Positions 55,812-64,000 of a stretch of DNA of 64,000 bases are shown piece after piece. The stretch comes from an uncultured delta proteobacterium (GTDB taxonomy: Bacteria > Desulfobacterota > Zymogenia > Zymogenales > Zymogenaceae). The DNA is taken from NCBI GenBank assembly GCA_963735595.1, contig CAVTLK010000002.1, positions 512,001-576,000 of the forward strand, written 5' to 3'. Made by a program: the position numbers and the translations under genes. Numbering within the stretch: the stretch's first letter is position 1; every line of letters starts with the position of its first letter. The notes beneath the pieces are model-generated. The model was not told the origin of the DNA. It did not search any database and saw nothing but the letters and a program-made list of their open reading frames with translations.

Positions 55812-56456
55812 ATGATCGCAGCGATCTTCTCCGGGGGGTCCTACCGGGACCTCGAATTCTACCGCGGCCTGATTAAGGACGCCGGAATCATCGTCGCGGC
55901 GGACAGCGGGGGCGAGGCGCTGTTAAAGCTCGGTGTGGTTCCCGATATCCTCGTGGGGGACATGGATTCTATCGGGGCCGACGTCTTTGTCGAGATCGCC
56001 GGGCGGGGCGCCCAGGTTATCGAGGTGCCGCCGGAAAAGGACTTCACGGATACAGAGCTTGCCGTCAGGACCGCACTGGATCGGGGCGCGGAAGAGATCG
56101 TGATATGCGGGGCCCTCGGCGGCCGCCTCGATCACACGCTGGCAAATATCTCGCTGCTGGTGCTTGCCCAGGAAAGGGGCGTTACTGCCCGGATCGTTAC
56201 CGAGGACCAGGAGGCCTGGCTTTTGACCGCCGACGTGGTGAACCCGATACCCGGCGCACTCGGCGACACGGTGTCGCTCATCGCGCTTTCCGACCCCACG
56301 ACCGGGGTCACCACGCACGACCTAAAATTCCCTTTGCGCGAGGCGAGCCTCACGCTGCTTTCCCCGCTCGGGGTGAGCAACGAAATCTCGGGGTCGAACC
56401 CCTGGGTGGAGTTCTGGGAGGGACGGCTGCTGCTGGTAGCGGTGAGGAACCCGTAG
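55812..56456 (+). CDS. thiN: Thiamine diphosphokinase
   Basis: AADSGG, GDMDSI, EKDFTDTELA, GGRLDHTLAN, GVSNE. Confidence 0.92.
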   Translation: MIAAIFSGGSYRDLEFYRGLIKDAGIIVAADSGGEALLKLGVVPDILVGDMDSIGADVFVEIAGRGAQVIEVPPEKDFTDTELAVRTALDRGAEEIVICGALGGRLDHTLANISLLVLAQERGVTARIVTEDQEAWLLTADVVNPIPGALGDTVSLIALSDPTTGVTTHDLKFPLREASLTLLSPLGVSNEISGSNPWVEFWEGRLLLVAVRNP

Positions 56457-56527
56457 GCCCGCCCCTGGGGGGGGATGTCGCGCACAATACCGTGCACGTC
56501 ACCCCGGCCATTCAGGTACGCGCCTTC

Positions 56528-57415
56528 CTACTGCATCTTCTTTTCGATCGCCTCGCGTATCTTCGGCAGGGCGGCCCGCGCGGCCCTCTCTCCCTCGAAA
56601 ATCAGGAAGGTCTTCTTATCGAAATCGATCATGCCCACGCTCGATACATTGGGGCGGACGACCACGTCGGCGTCCTTCAGCTGGTACTTTGAGATCTCGT
56701 TTCCCATGATATTGAACGTCTGCATCATCACGTCGATGACGTTCTTGATGTCGGCGTTATATGAGGGGGCGGAGACGTCCACCGCAATGACGATATCGGC
56801 CCCGAGTTTGCGGGCCACGTCAACCGGTACGTTATCCACTACGCCGCCGTCCACCAGGATCTTCTTCCCGATAACCAGCGGCTTGAAGATCCCCGGTATC
56901 GAGATAGACGCCCGAACCGCCGTGGAAATAGGCCCCTTCGTGAAAATGACCTTCTCTCCGGTAACGAGGTCCGTGGCAACGGCGGCAAAGGGGATCTTGA
57001 GGTCCTCGATATTCCTGACGGGAATCCGGCTGTTTAGGAAGGTGACGATGCTCTCCCCCTTGACCACCCCCACCAGGATATTGGGGAGTGAGAAATCAAA
57101 AACAGTATCTTCCGTCAGACCCCAGGCAGCCTTTTCGAGCTTTGCGGCGTCTGCATAGTAGGCGTACATCGCCCCGGTAAGGCTTCCCGCGCTCGTGCCG
57201 ACGATTATATCTACGGGGACGTGGTTTGCCTCCAGGACCTTGATGACCCCAATGTGGGCAAAACCGCGGGACGCACCGCCGGACAGCACCAGCCCGATCT
57301 TGGGTCTCGGCTTTTGAACCGGGGGCGGGATATTCGGGGCCGGGCAGCCGGCAAGAAACAGAAAGAGAACAAGCACTGTGGCCGCCGATACGCGCAGCAA
57401 GAGACTTTTCATCAT
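56528..57415 (-). CDS. Patatin-like phospholipase lipoprotein
   Basis: Lipobox LAGC; LSGGASRGFAHIG, GTSAG, DGG. Confidence 0.92.
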   Translation of the reverse strand: MMKSLLLRVSAATVLVLFLFLAGCPAPNIPPPVQKPRPKIGLVLSGGASRGFAHIGVIKVLEANHVPVDIIVGTSAGSLTGAMYAYYADAAKLEKAAWGLTEDTVFDFSLPNILVGVVKGESIVTFLNSRIPVRNIEDLKIPFAAVATDLVTGEKVIFTKGPISTAVRASISIPGIFKPLVIGKKILVDGGVVDNVPVDVARKLGADIVIAVDVSAPSYNADIKNVIDVMMQTFNIMGNEISKYQLKDADVVVRPNVSSVGMIDFDKKTFLIFEGERAARAALPKIREAIEKKMQ

Positions 57416-57518
57416 GCTCCTCCCTGGCGCTCACTATAGCACAAATCGGCGGTAAAGGTAAGGCCCGGCCGTCAAAAAATCGCTTGCGCATGCGGCCGGT
57501 TTCCTTTATTCTCAGGAT

Positions 57519-58436
57519 ATGGACGATTCAGCTATGGGGCCGCCGTCCTATCTGGGGCTTCTTAAGTCGGGGGAGCTCGAGCGGCGGGCCGAAGCCCTCA
57601 CTGCGCTCCTCTCGCACTGCCGCCTGTGCCCCCGCGGGTGCGGGGTAAACCGGAAAAAGGACGAGCGGGGTGTTTGCCGGGCCGGGTATCTCCCCGCAGT
57701 CGCCTCCGTGTTTCCTCATTTCGGAGAAGAGCCTGAGCTGGTCGGGAGCGGCGGCTCCGGGACGATCTTCATGACCCACTGCAACCTGCGCTGTGTGTTC
57801 TGCCAGAACGAGGAGATAAGCCACGGCGGAGAGGGCCGCGAGGTGCCGATCGAGGACCTTGCCGCATACATGATCGCCCTCCAGGATAAGGGGTGCCACA
57901 ACATCAACGTCGTCACCCCCACCCATTACGTGCCCCAGATAGTATCCGCGCTTGTCCTGGCGGCGCGGAACGGTCTTCGGCTCCCGCTGGTCTATAATAC
58001 CGGTGGGTACGATTCCGTAGAGGTAATCCGCATGCTTACAGGCGTCGTCGATATCTACATGCCCGACTACAAGTTCGCCGACGAAACGCCCTCGCGTACG
58101 TACCTCTCCGCGCCGGACTACCCGGAGGTGATCACGGAGGTGCTCTTGGAGATGCACCGCCAGGTGGGCGTGCTCCGGACCGACGGGAACGGAACCGCCC
58201 GAAGGGGCCTCTTGATCCGCCACCTCGTGATGCCCGAGGGGCTTTCCGGCACGGACCGGGTCGCGTCGTTTATCGCCGGGAGGCTTTCGCCCGATTCCTA
58301 CGTGAATATCATGGACCAGTACCACCCCCGGCACCGGGCCTCCCGGTTTGCCGAGATCTCCCGCGGGATCACCCGCGCCGAATACCGCGCCGCGGTCGAC
58401 GCCGCGCGGGCGGCCGGCCTCTCCCGGGGATTTTAA
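57519..58436 (+). CDS. Radical SAM protein (PflX-like)
   Basis: CRLCPRGC, HFGEEP, CNLRCVFCQN, DIYMPDYK, RHLVMP. Confidence 0.9.
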   Translation: MDDSAMGPPSYLGLLKSGELERRAEALTALLSHCRLCPRGCGVNRKKDERGVCRAGYLPAVASVFPHFGEEPELVGSGGSGTIFMTHCNLRCVFCQNEEISHGGEGREVPIEDLAAYMIALQDKGCHNINVVTPTHYVPQIVSALVLAARNGLRLPLVYNTGGYDSVEVIRMLTGVVDIYMPDYKFADETPSRTYLSAPDYPEVITEVLLEMHRQVGVLRTDGNGTARRGLLIRHLVMPEGLSGTDRVASFIAGRLSPDSYVNIMDQYHPRHRASRFAEISRGITRAEYRAAVDAARAAGLSRGF

Positions 58437-58438
58437 CG

Positions 58439-59239
58439 GTGCCGGCCGTATCCGTAGATCCCCGGATCGTGGGGGCGCTCAAACGGCGGGGGCTTTCGAT
58501 CCACCGCTGTTGCCCGACAAGGGACCTCATGTTCGGGCAGCTGCCGGAGGGGCACGAGCGGTCCTTCTACGAGGCGATGCGGCGCTATTCCGTCAGGCTG
58601 GTACTGCGGGCGATGATCGCCCGCCAGGACGGCTTTGCCCCGGCCGACCTCGGGAGCTTCTCGGGGGAGGCCGAGCGTGTGCGGACGATCGAGCGCATGG
58701 CCGACATCGGGATCGTCGAGGATGCCGGCGGCTCGTTTCGGCTTGCCAAACGGCCGGTCACGAGCTTCGGCCCCACCCTGGAGTGGTTCGTGGCGCAGAT
58801 GATGATAGACCGGTTCGGCTCGCCCTCGATCTGGGGTATCACCATCCGGGGGATCGAATCGGGGGGAGATTTCGACGTCATCTCGCTGTTCGAGGATGAG
58901 CTGATCTATATCGAGGTCAAGTCGGCGCCTCCCAAGGGCATCGAAACCGGGGAGGCGCGGGCGTTCCTCGGCCGGGTCAATACGCTGCTGCCCCGGGCGG
59001 CCTTCTTTTTCGTGGACACGGAGCTGCGCATGCGGGATCGGGTGGCGCTGCTGTTTCACCAGGACTTTCTCGAACGGATGAAGGACCCGTACCCGCGGCG
59101 GCCGGACCTCCAGAACCTGACGGGGGAGATATTTCATATCGACCACCGGATATTTATCCTCAACGCCTACCGGGACGCGGCGGCCAACTTCACGCTGTGT
59201 TTCAGGGATTTTCTGGCGCGGGGGCTTTCGGTGATGTAA
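58439..59239 (+). CDS. Hypothetical protein with a PD-(D/E)xK-like motif
   Basis: TLEWFVA...GGDFDVI...YIEVKS. Confidence 0.65.
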   Translation: MPAVSVDPRIVGALKRRGLSIHRCCPTRDLMFGQLPEGHERSFYEAMRRYSVRLVLRAMIARQDGFAPADLGSFSGEAERVRTIERMADIGIVEDAGGSFRLAKRPVTSFGPTLEWFVAQMMIDRFGSPSIWGITIRGIESGGDFDVISLFEDELIYIEVKSAPPKGIETGEARAFLGRVNTLLPRAAFFFVDTELRMRDRVALLFHQDFLERMKDPYPRRPDLQNLTGEIFHIDHRIFILNAYRDAAANFTLCFRDFLARGLSVM

Positions 59240-59251
59240 GGGAGATACCTT

Positions 59252-60031
59252 GTGATCGGGACAATCGTAAACACTGTTGCCATCGTTATCGGCTCGCTGG
59301 TCGGCCTCTTTTTCGCGCGGTTCTTTACCGAGCGTTTTCGGACGGTCATCATGCAGGGCCTGGCGCTTTCCATCATCCTCATCGGCATGTCGATGGCCGT
59401 CAAGACCACCAATATCCTCATCGTCATCGGGAGCATGGTGCTCGGCGGGGCGACGGGCGAGCTTTTCAGGATCGAGGAGCGTCTCGAATCGCTCGGGGAA
59501 CGGCTCAAAAGGCGGTTTCGGTCGGATTCGGCCACGTTCGTCACCGGATTCGTGACGGCAAGCCTCGTCTACTGCGTCGGCGCGATGGCGGTAGTGGGAA
59601 GCCTCGATGAGGGGATCCGGCACGACCCGCATATCCTGCTGGCAAAATCGCTGCTCGATGGGGTGGCGTCCGTCGCCTTTGCCTCGACCCTCGGGGTGGG
59701 GGTTATATTTTCGGCGGTCTCGGTATTCCTCTATCAGGGGGCGCTGACGGTCCTCGCGATGCTCTTCGGCGCGCTCCTCTCCGAGACGATGATCGCGGAG
59801 CTGACGGCATCGGGCGGGCTCCTGATACTCGGGATAGGCCTCAATATCATGTTTGCCAACGCGGGCGGCCCGCGGCCGCCCGGCGCGCCGTTTCCCGTGA
59901 CCGGCGAAAACGGCGAGCGGATGCTCGGTCTTGCGCGGCCGCCGGCCGTCTCGATCAAGATCGGTAACCTCCTGCCGGCGCTGGCCTGGGCGGTTCTCAT
60001 CGTGTGGGTGATCGAGAAAATAGCGAAATAA
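59252..60031 (+). CDS. DUF554-family membrane protein
   Basis: MIGTIVNTVAIVIGS, GFVTASLVYCVGAMAVVGS, KSLLDG, YQG, NLLPAL. Confidence 0.9.
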   Translation: MIGTIVNTVAIVIGSLVGLFFARFFTERFRTVIMQGLALSIILIGMSMAVKTTNILIVIGSMVLGGATGELFRIEERLESLGERLKRRFRSDSATFVTGFVTASLVYCVGAMAVVGSLDEGIRHDPHILLAKSLLDGVASVAFASTLGVGVIFSAVSVFLYQGALTVLAMLFGALLSETMIAELTASGGLLILGIGLNIMFANAGGPRPPGAPFPVTGENGERMLGLARPPAVSIKIGNLLPALAWAVLIVWVIEKIAK

Positions 60032-60326
60032 CGTGAGGGATGTCATGGTTTTATGAATGATTGGACGATAGATAACAAATCAAGGCTTTACAGAAGGGGA
60101 ATCGTATAGTATTATCTATACTAATCCAGTCCGTGAGCACGGAAATCCTGACGGTCATGAGGGCGGGAGCAACCCGGCACGGCCCGATTGAGCGGTGTCG
60201 GTGAAATGTAGGGCCGTCCCTGTATCCGGGTCTTACGATAGCCCGTTCGTGTCGCGTTCTTTATGTTTTCGTGTACATCCCCGTGATGACGGGTAAGTGG
60301 AAATTTTGTCTTGTAAGGAGGTAATT

Positions 60327-60986
60327 ATGAAAGGATTCAGGGTAGCGCTGCTGGCATTTCTGGTGTTACCGATCGTATGTCTGGCGGCAGCCAACGCCTT
60401 TGCGGCAACCGAAAGCGGGTACCTGTACGGGCCGGGGGCCTCTTACACCTTTACCGTGAACGCCGGAAGCGTTAATTACGTCGAAGTAGACTTCAGCTGG
60501 CCGAAGGGCGCGGCGGACTTCTGGGTCAAGGTCGTCGGCCAGGACGGGAGAACGGTCCTGGGCAACTTTGACCTGGACAACGGCGAGATTATCCAGCTTT
60601 CCGGTGGCGGTACGTTCTACCTGACCGTTTACTCGAACCGCGGCGGCGGAAACTGGTCGGCCTCCTACGCGCTTTCGGGCGGCGGCGGATCGGGCCCGTC
60701 AGGTTCATGTAACATATACGCCAACTCGGCAAACGGGCGTCTCGTGGGTCCCGGGGATTCGTGCAGCTGGTCGATCTACGCGCGCAGCAACTACCTTGAG
60801 GTCCCCTTCACGTATCCGAAGGGCTCGGTCGATTTCTGGGTCGAGGTAATAGGGCAGGACGGCCGTACGGTTCTCGGCAACTTTGACCTGGACAACGGCG
60901 AGATCATCCAGCTTTCCGGCGGCGGCACCTTCTATTTGACCGTCTACTCCAACCGGGGCGCCGGCAATTGGACGTGTTCATGGTAG
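60327..60986 (+). CDS. Secreted protein with two PPC-like repeat domains
   Basis: RBS AAGGAGG; signal peptide ending ANAFA; two ~87-aa repeats joined by a Gly/Ser linker. Confidence 0.85.
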   Translation: MKGFRVALLAFLVLPIVCLAAANAFAATESGYLYGPGASYTFTVNAGSVNYVEVDFSWPKGAADFWVKVVGQDGRTVLGNFDLDNGEIIQLSGGGTFYLTVYSNRGGGNWSASYALSGGGGSGPSGSCNIYANSANGRLVGPGDSCSWSIYARSNYLEVPFTYPKGSVDFWVEVIGQDGRTVLGNFDLDNGEIIQLSGGGTFYLTVYSNRGAGNWTCSW

Positions 60987-61026
60987 CAGCCATATTAATA
61001 TAAGAATGAGAATTGGGAGGATTAGT

Positions 61027-61812
61027 ATGAAAAGAGTTACCTTGTTGCTTATTATCGCCGTCCTGGCGGCCGGTCTTACCCTCTCAGGGTGTAATGCCGT
61101 CAACGACATGTTTGGCAAGCTTTTCGGCAAGGGGCAGCCCAACGCACCCCAGGGTCCCGGCGGTCCGACGATGCCGGGCGGCCCGACGATGCCGTACGGC
61201 GGCGGCGGAGTTACCGAGAGCGGCTACCTCTCCGGCCCGGGGGGGTCCTACACGTTTACCATAAACGCGGGAAGCGTCCAATACCTCGAAGTTCCCTTCA
61301 CCTACCCGGTCGGGTCGGTGGACTTCTGGGTTAAGGTCGTCGGGCAGGACGGTTACACCGTGCTGGGCGATTTTGACCTGGACAACGGCGAGATCATCCA
61401 GCTTTCCGGCGGCGGCACCTTCTATCTCACGGTCTATTCACGGATGGGCGCGGGCAACTGGTCCGCCACCTATAACCTTGCCGGCGGCGGAGGCGGTGTG
61501 GTAGGCGGCGGGGGCGGCACCGGCAACTGCACCGTCGTTGGCAACTCGGTCAACGGCTACCTTTCCGGCCCCGGTGATTCGTGCAAGTTCACGATCAACG
61601 GCGGCTCCAAGACGTATATCGAAGTGCCCTTTACGTACCCTGTCGGCTCGGTGGACTTCTGGGTCGAGGTTGTGGGCCAGGACGGTTACACCGTTCTAGG
61701 AGATTTTGACCTGGACAACGGCTCGGTCATCCAGCTTTCCGGCGGCGGAACCTTCTACCTGACAATATACTCAAACAACGGTGCAGGCAGCTGGTCCTGT
61801 AACTGGCAATAA
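61027..61812 (+). CDS. Lipoprotein with two PPC-like repeat domains
   Basis: Lipobox LSGC; PGGPTM repeats; two repeats joined by a poly-Gly linker. Confidence 0.85.
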   Translation: MKRVTLLLIIAVLAAGLTLSGCNAVNDMFGKLFGKGQPNAPQGPGGPTMPGGPTMPYGGGGVTESGYLSGPGGSYTFTINAGSVQYLEVPFTYPVGSVDFWVKVVGQDGYTVLGDFDLDNGEIIQLSGGGTFYLTVYSRMGAGNWSATYNLAGGGGGVVGGGGGTGNCTVVGNSVNGYLSGPGDSCKFTINGGSKTYIEVPFTYPVGSVDFWVEVVGQDGYTVLGDFDLDNGSVIQLSGGGTFYLTIYSNNGAGSWSCNWQ

Positions 61813-61830
61813 CAACTCAAAGGAGATACC

Positions 61831-62238
61831 ATGAAGAAGCTATTTACCGCTATTATGCTTGCGGCGGTCGTTTTTGCCCTCGTTCTTCCCGGCTGCGGGA
61901 ACAAGGAACCCGAGGTTCCGGTAGGACCCGGACCGGCCGTTCCCCCGATGGGTCCGGTAGCCCCCGGCTCTCACTATGAGGGCGGGTACCTGGCCGGCCC
62001 CGGCGCCTCGTACACGTTTACCGTGAACGCCGGAAGCGTCACCTACCTTGAAGTTCCTTTCACGTATCCGGCTGGGTCGGTGGACTTCTGGGTAAAGGTG
62101 GTCGGGCAGGACGGCTATACCGTTCTGGGCGATTTTGACCTGGACAACGGCGAGATCATCCAGCTTTCCGGCGGCGGCACGTTCTACGTGACGGTCTATT
62201 CAAAAATGGGCGCCGGCAACTGGAGCGCGACGTACTAA
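61831..62238 (+). CDS. Lipoprotein with one PPC-like repeat domain
   Basis: RBS AAGGAG; lipobox LPGC; Pro-rich tether; one repeat. Confidence 0.85.
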   Translation: MKKLFTAIMLAAVVFALVLPGCGNKEPEVPVGPGPAVPPMGPVAPGSHYEGGYLAGPGASYTFTVNAGSVTYLEVPFTYPAGSVDFWVKVVGQDGYTVLGDFDLDNGEIIQLSGGGTFYVTVYSKMGAGNWSATY

Positions 62239-62258
62239 CCGAGACCTGTTAGATAACG

Positions 62259-62287
62259 AAAAGGGGGGCATCAGCCCCCCTTTTTTA
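62259..62287. terminator. Bidirectional intrinsic terminator
   Basis: AAAAGGGGGGC-ATCA-GCCCCCCTTTTTTT between convergent genes. Confidence 0.85.
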
Positions 62288-62298
62288 TCTGCGTGTCT

Positions 62299-62997
62299 TT
62301 ATCTGCATATATTCAGGCTCGGGAGCTTGTCGCAGATCCCCAGGTCCACCGCCTTCTCGTAGTCCCTTCGCGCCTCGTCGTATTTCCCCATCCGTTCCAG
62401 CGCCCGGCCCCGGTTGTAGTAGGCCTCCGGCCTATTCGGGTTGATCTCAATGGCCATAGTAAAGTCGAGGACCGCCCGGTACGGCTTATCCCCCAACAGA
62501 TAGAGGCTGCCGCGGTTGTTGTAGTAGCGGTCATTATCGGGATCGATGTCGATTGCGAGCGAATACTCGAGTATCGCCAGGTCGTTGAACCCGAGGATAT
62601 CCATCAGGAAACCGCGCTTGTAGTGCGCTTCGGGGCCGGTGGAGTAAAGGCAGAGGCCCGAGATATAGTCCCACTTCATTTGGGCCAGACTCGTGTCGAG
62701 GAGTTCGTGCCAGAAGTGGGCGGGCGTGTGCGGAGCCGTTTTTCGGCAGGTACCGTTGACGAGGCCGGCCTCGTGGTACCGGAAGGAATCGGCGAGGTAT
62801 CCCGGGACGTTCATCTCATCCTGGAAGGGGTGCTGGTTGGGTCGATCGGTGGGAGAAGCGGGAACGGCGCCGGTGAAGACCGGCGCCGTGCTATGGAATG
62901 CGGACAGGCATCCGGAGAATTGAATCGATGCCAGCAGGATGGTTATCACAAACAGCGGTATGGTTATAGGGAAGCGACCAACGCCGTCATGCCGCAC
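62299..62997 (-). CDS. TPR protein, probable lipoprotein
   Basis: FSGC lipobox; YYNNRG / AYYNRG TPR motifs. Confidence 0.75.
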   Translation of the reverse strand: MRHDGVGRFPITIPLFVITILLASIQFSGCLSAFHSTAPVFTGAVPASPTDRPNQHPFQDEMNVPGYLADSFRYHEAGLVNGTCRKTAPHTPAHFWHELLDTSLAQMKWDYISGLCLYSTGPEAHYKRGFLMDILGFNDLAILEYSLAIDIDPDNDRYYNNRGSLYLLGDKPYRAVLDFTMAIEINPNRPEAYYNRGRALERMGKYDEARRDYEKAVDLGICDKLPSLNICR

Positions 62998-63001
62998 GTC
63001 T

Positions 63002-63739
63002 CTACCTCACGTCACCCGCCGCGATCTTCAGGTGCCGCTCGATGACGTAGCAGGAATCATCCCCCTTCTTGCAGAGGTCGACCGCGTCCTTGAGAACCGT
63101 TCTGGCCTCCTCCACCCTTCCCATCTTCAGGAGCACCCACCCCTTTGTATCGAGGAAGGCGGCGCTTTTCGGATCGGTTTTCAGCGCGGATTCGATAAGC
63201 GTGAGGGCTTCGGTAAGGCGATCCCCCTTCTGGGCGAGGCAGTAGGCAAGGAAGTTATCGACCTGCGCCGGGGAGATCACGTCCTCCGGCAGGGGCGATT
63301 TGCGGTAGTCCTCGATAAAGCCGATGAACTCGTCGGTAACATCGAGCATCGGCCCGGACAGCCCCAGCCGGTCGTAAATATCGAGTATCGAGCCGTAGGC
63401 GCCGAAGATAATCCTGGCGGCCTTTTCCCGGTCCGTGACGATCTCGCGCTTTGCGCGGGCAAGCGCCTCATGGTAGTTGATGAGGGCGGTGTTGTCGTTG
63501 TTCAGCATGACGTAACAGCGCCCCAGCTGCATGTGTATAAGCGCGATCAGGAGGCTCTCTTCGGGGGCCTTGGCCGTTACCAGGGAAAGCCCCTCCTCAT
63601 AATAGAGCGAGGCCGAGCGATAGTCTCCCTTTTCGAAGAGCTTGTCACCCGTTGTCATCAGGGAATCCAGGTCCTGGGCATGCGCCGCGGCGGCCGCCAG
63701 CATCAGCGCGATAATGCAAATAATTGTTGCTCGTTTCAC
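63002..63739 (-). CDS. Exported TPR protein
   Basis: Signal peptide ending AHA; NFLAYCLA...AAFLDTKGWVL TPR. Confidence 0.8.
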   Translation of the reverse strand: MKRATIICIIALMLAAAAAHAQDLDSLMTTGDKLFEKGDYRSASLYYEEGLSLVTAKAPEESLLIALIHMQLGRCYVMLNNDNTALINYHEALARAKREIVTDREKAARIIFGAYGSILDIYDRLGLSGPMLDVTDEFIGFIEDYRKSPLPEDVISPAQVDNFLAYCLAQKGDRLTEALTLIESALKTDPKSAAFLDTKGWVLLKMGRVEEARTVLKDAVDLCKKGDDSCYVIERHLKIAAGDVR

Positions 63740-63785
63740 CGGTTGTTTACCTTTCAGTGGTTTGTTGCTATTGTACGTATTGTCC

Positions 63786-64000
63786 TTATTGAACGGGCGT
63801 CCTGTTGAAGTTTATGATCGATTTATCGAGGTCTATCTCCTGCACCCCGTGGGGTGGCGCCAGTGAAAAACGGGAATCATCGATCGGCGTGCCCGCTTCG
63901 ATATCTTTGTAGCTGATGCCGATCGTGACGAAGGTTCCCGCATCGGGGACCTTATACGAAAGGGTCATGGGAAGGGTCTTGCCGCCTGTTTGAGAGAAAT
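63786..64000 (-). CDS. C-terminal end of a hypothetical protein, possibly LolA/DUF4292-like (5' end outside window)
   Basis: ISYKDIEAGTPIDDSRFSLAPPHGV tail; the frame is open to the window edge. Confidence 0.5.
   Translation of the reverse strand, partial: FSQTGGKTLPMTLSYKVPDAGTFVTIGISYKDIEAGTPIDDSRFSLAPPHGVQEIDLDKSIINFNRTPVQ

Noticed and set aside
58433..60046. 537-aa minus-strand ORF (also 34888-36366, 7560-8732 and similar)
   Set aside because: Antisense to well-supported genes, with Arg/Pro/Gly-rich shadow composition
60567..62180. Possible CRISPR array or diversity-generating retroelement TR/VR
   Set aside because: All copies are in-frame coding with spacing above 300 bp; differences are not adenine-specific; no reverse transcriptase in the window

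Overview
Bacterial chromosomal window, GC-rich, gene content typical of an anaerobic deltaproteobacterium-like organism (inference only). Many conserved or essential genes carry single-base frameshifts, densest at 14.6-27.2 kb and 45-53 kb, which look like long-read indel errors; genes are therefore called across ORF fragments. From left to right: (1) hoxFUY of an NAD-reducing [NiFe]-hydrogenase behind a sigma54 promoter, preceded by five signalling genes. A second sigma54 promoter in that cluster carries the same paired enhancer motif at the same distance. (2) Two tandem stand-alone V4R genes, each with its own sigma54 promoter, plus a third paralog at 29 kb. (3) A mosaic of palindromic repeats with AT-rich cargo genes at 12-14.2 kb. 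(4) Class II ribonucleotide reductase with NrdR boxes. (5) tolQRAB-pal, holB, PSP1, metG, tatD. (6) A REP-associated tyrosine transposase flanked by its REPs. (7) Assorted metabolic genes: ribulokinase plus fucose/arabinose isomerase, SatP, PrmA, AspS, LeuC-like, an MNT-HEPN toxin-antitoxin pair, agmatinase, rhodanese. (8) An unassigned glycyl-radical enzyme with its activase and a tandem flavin split-barrel protein. (9) Three tandem exported proteins built from five copies of a ~87-aa PPC-like domain whose central DNA block is invariant even at synonymous sites. No rRNA, tRNA or CRISPR array was seen.
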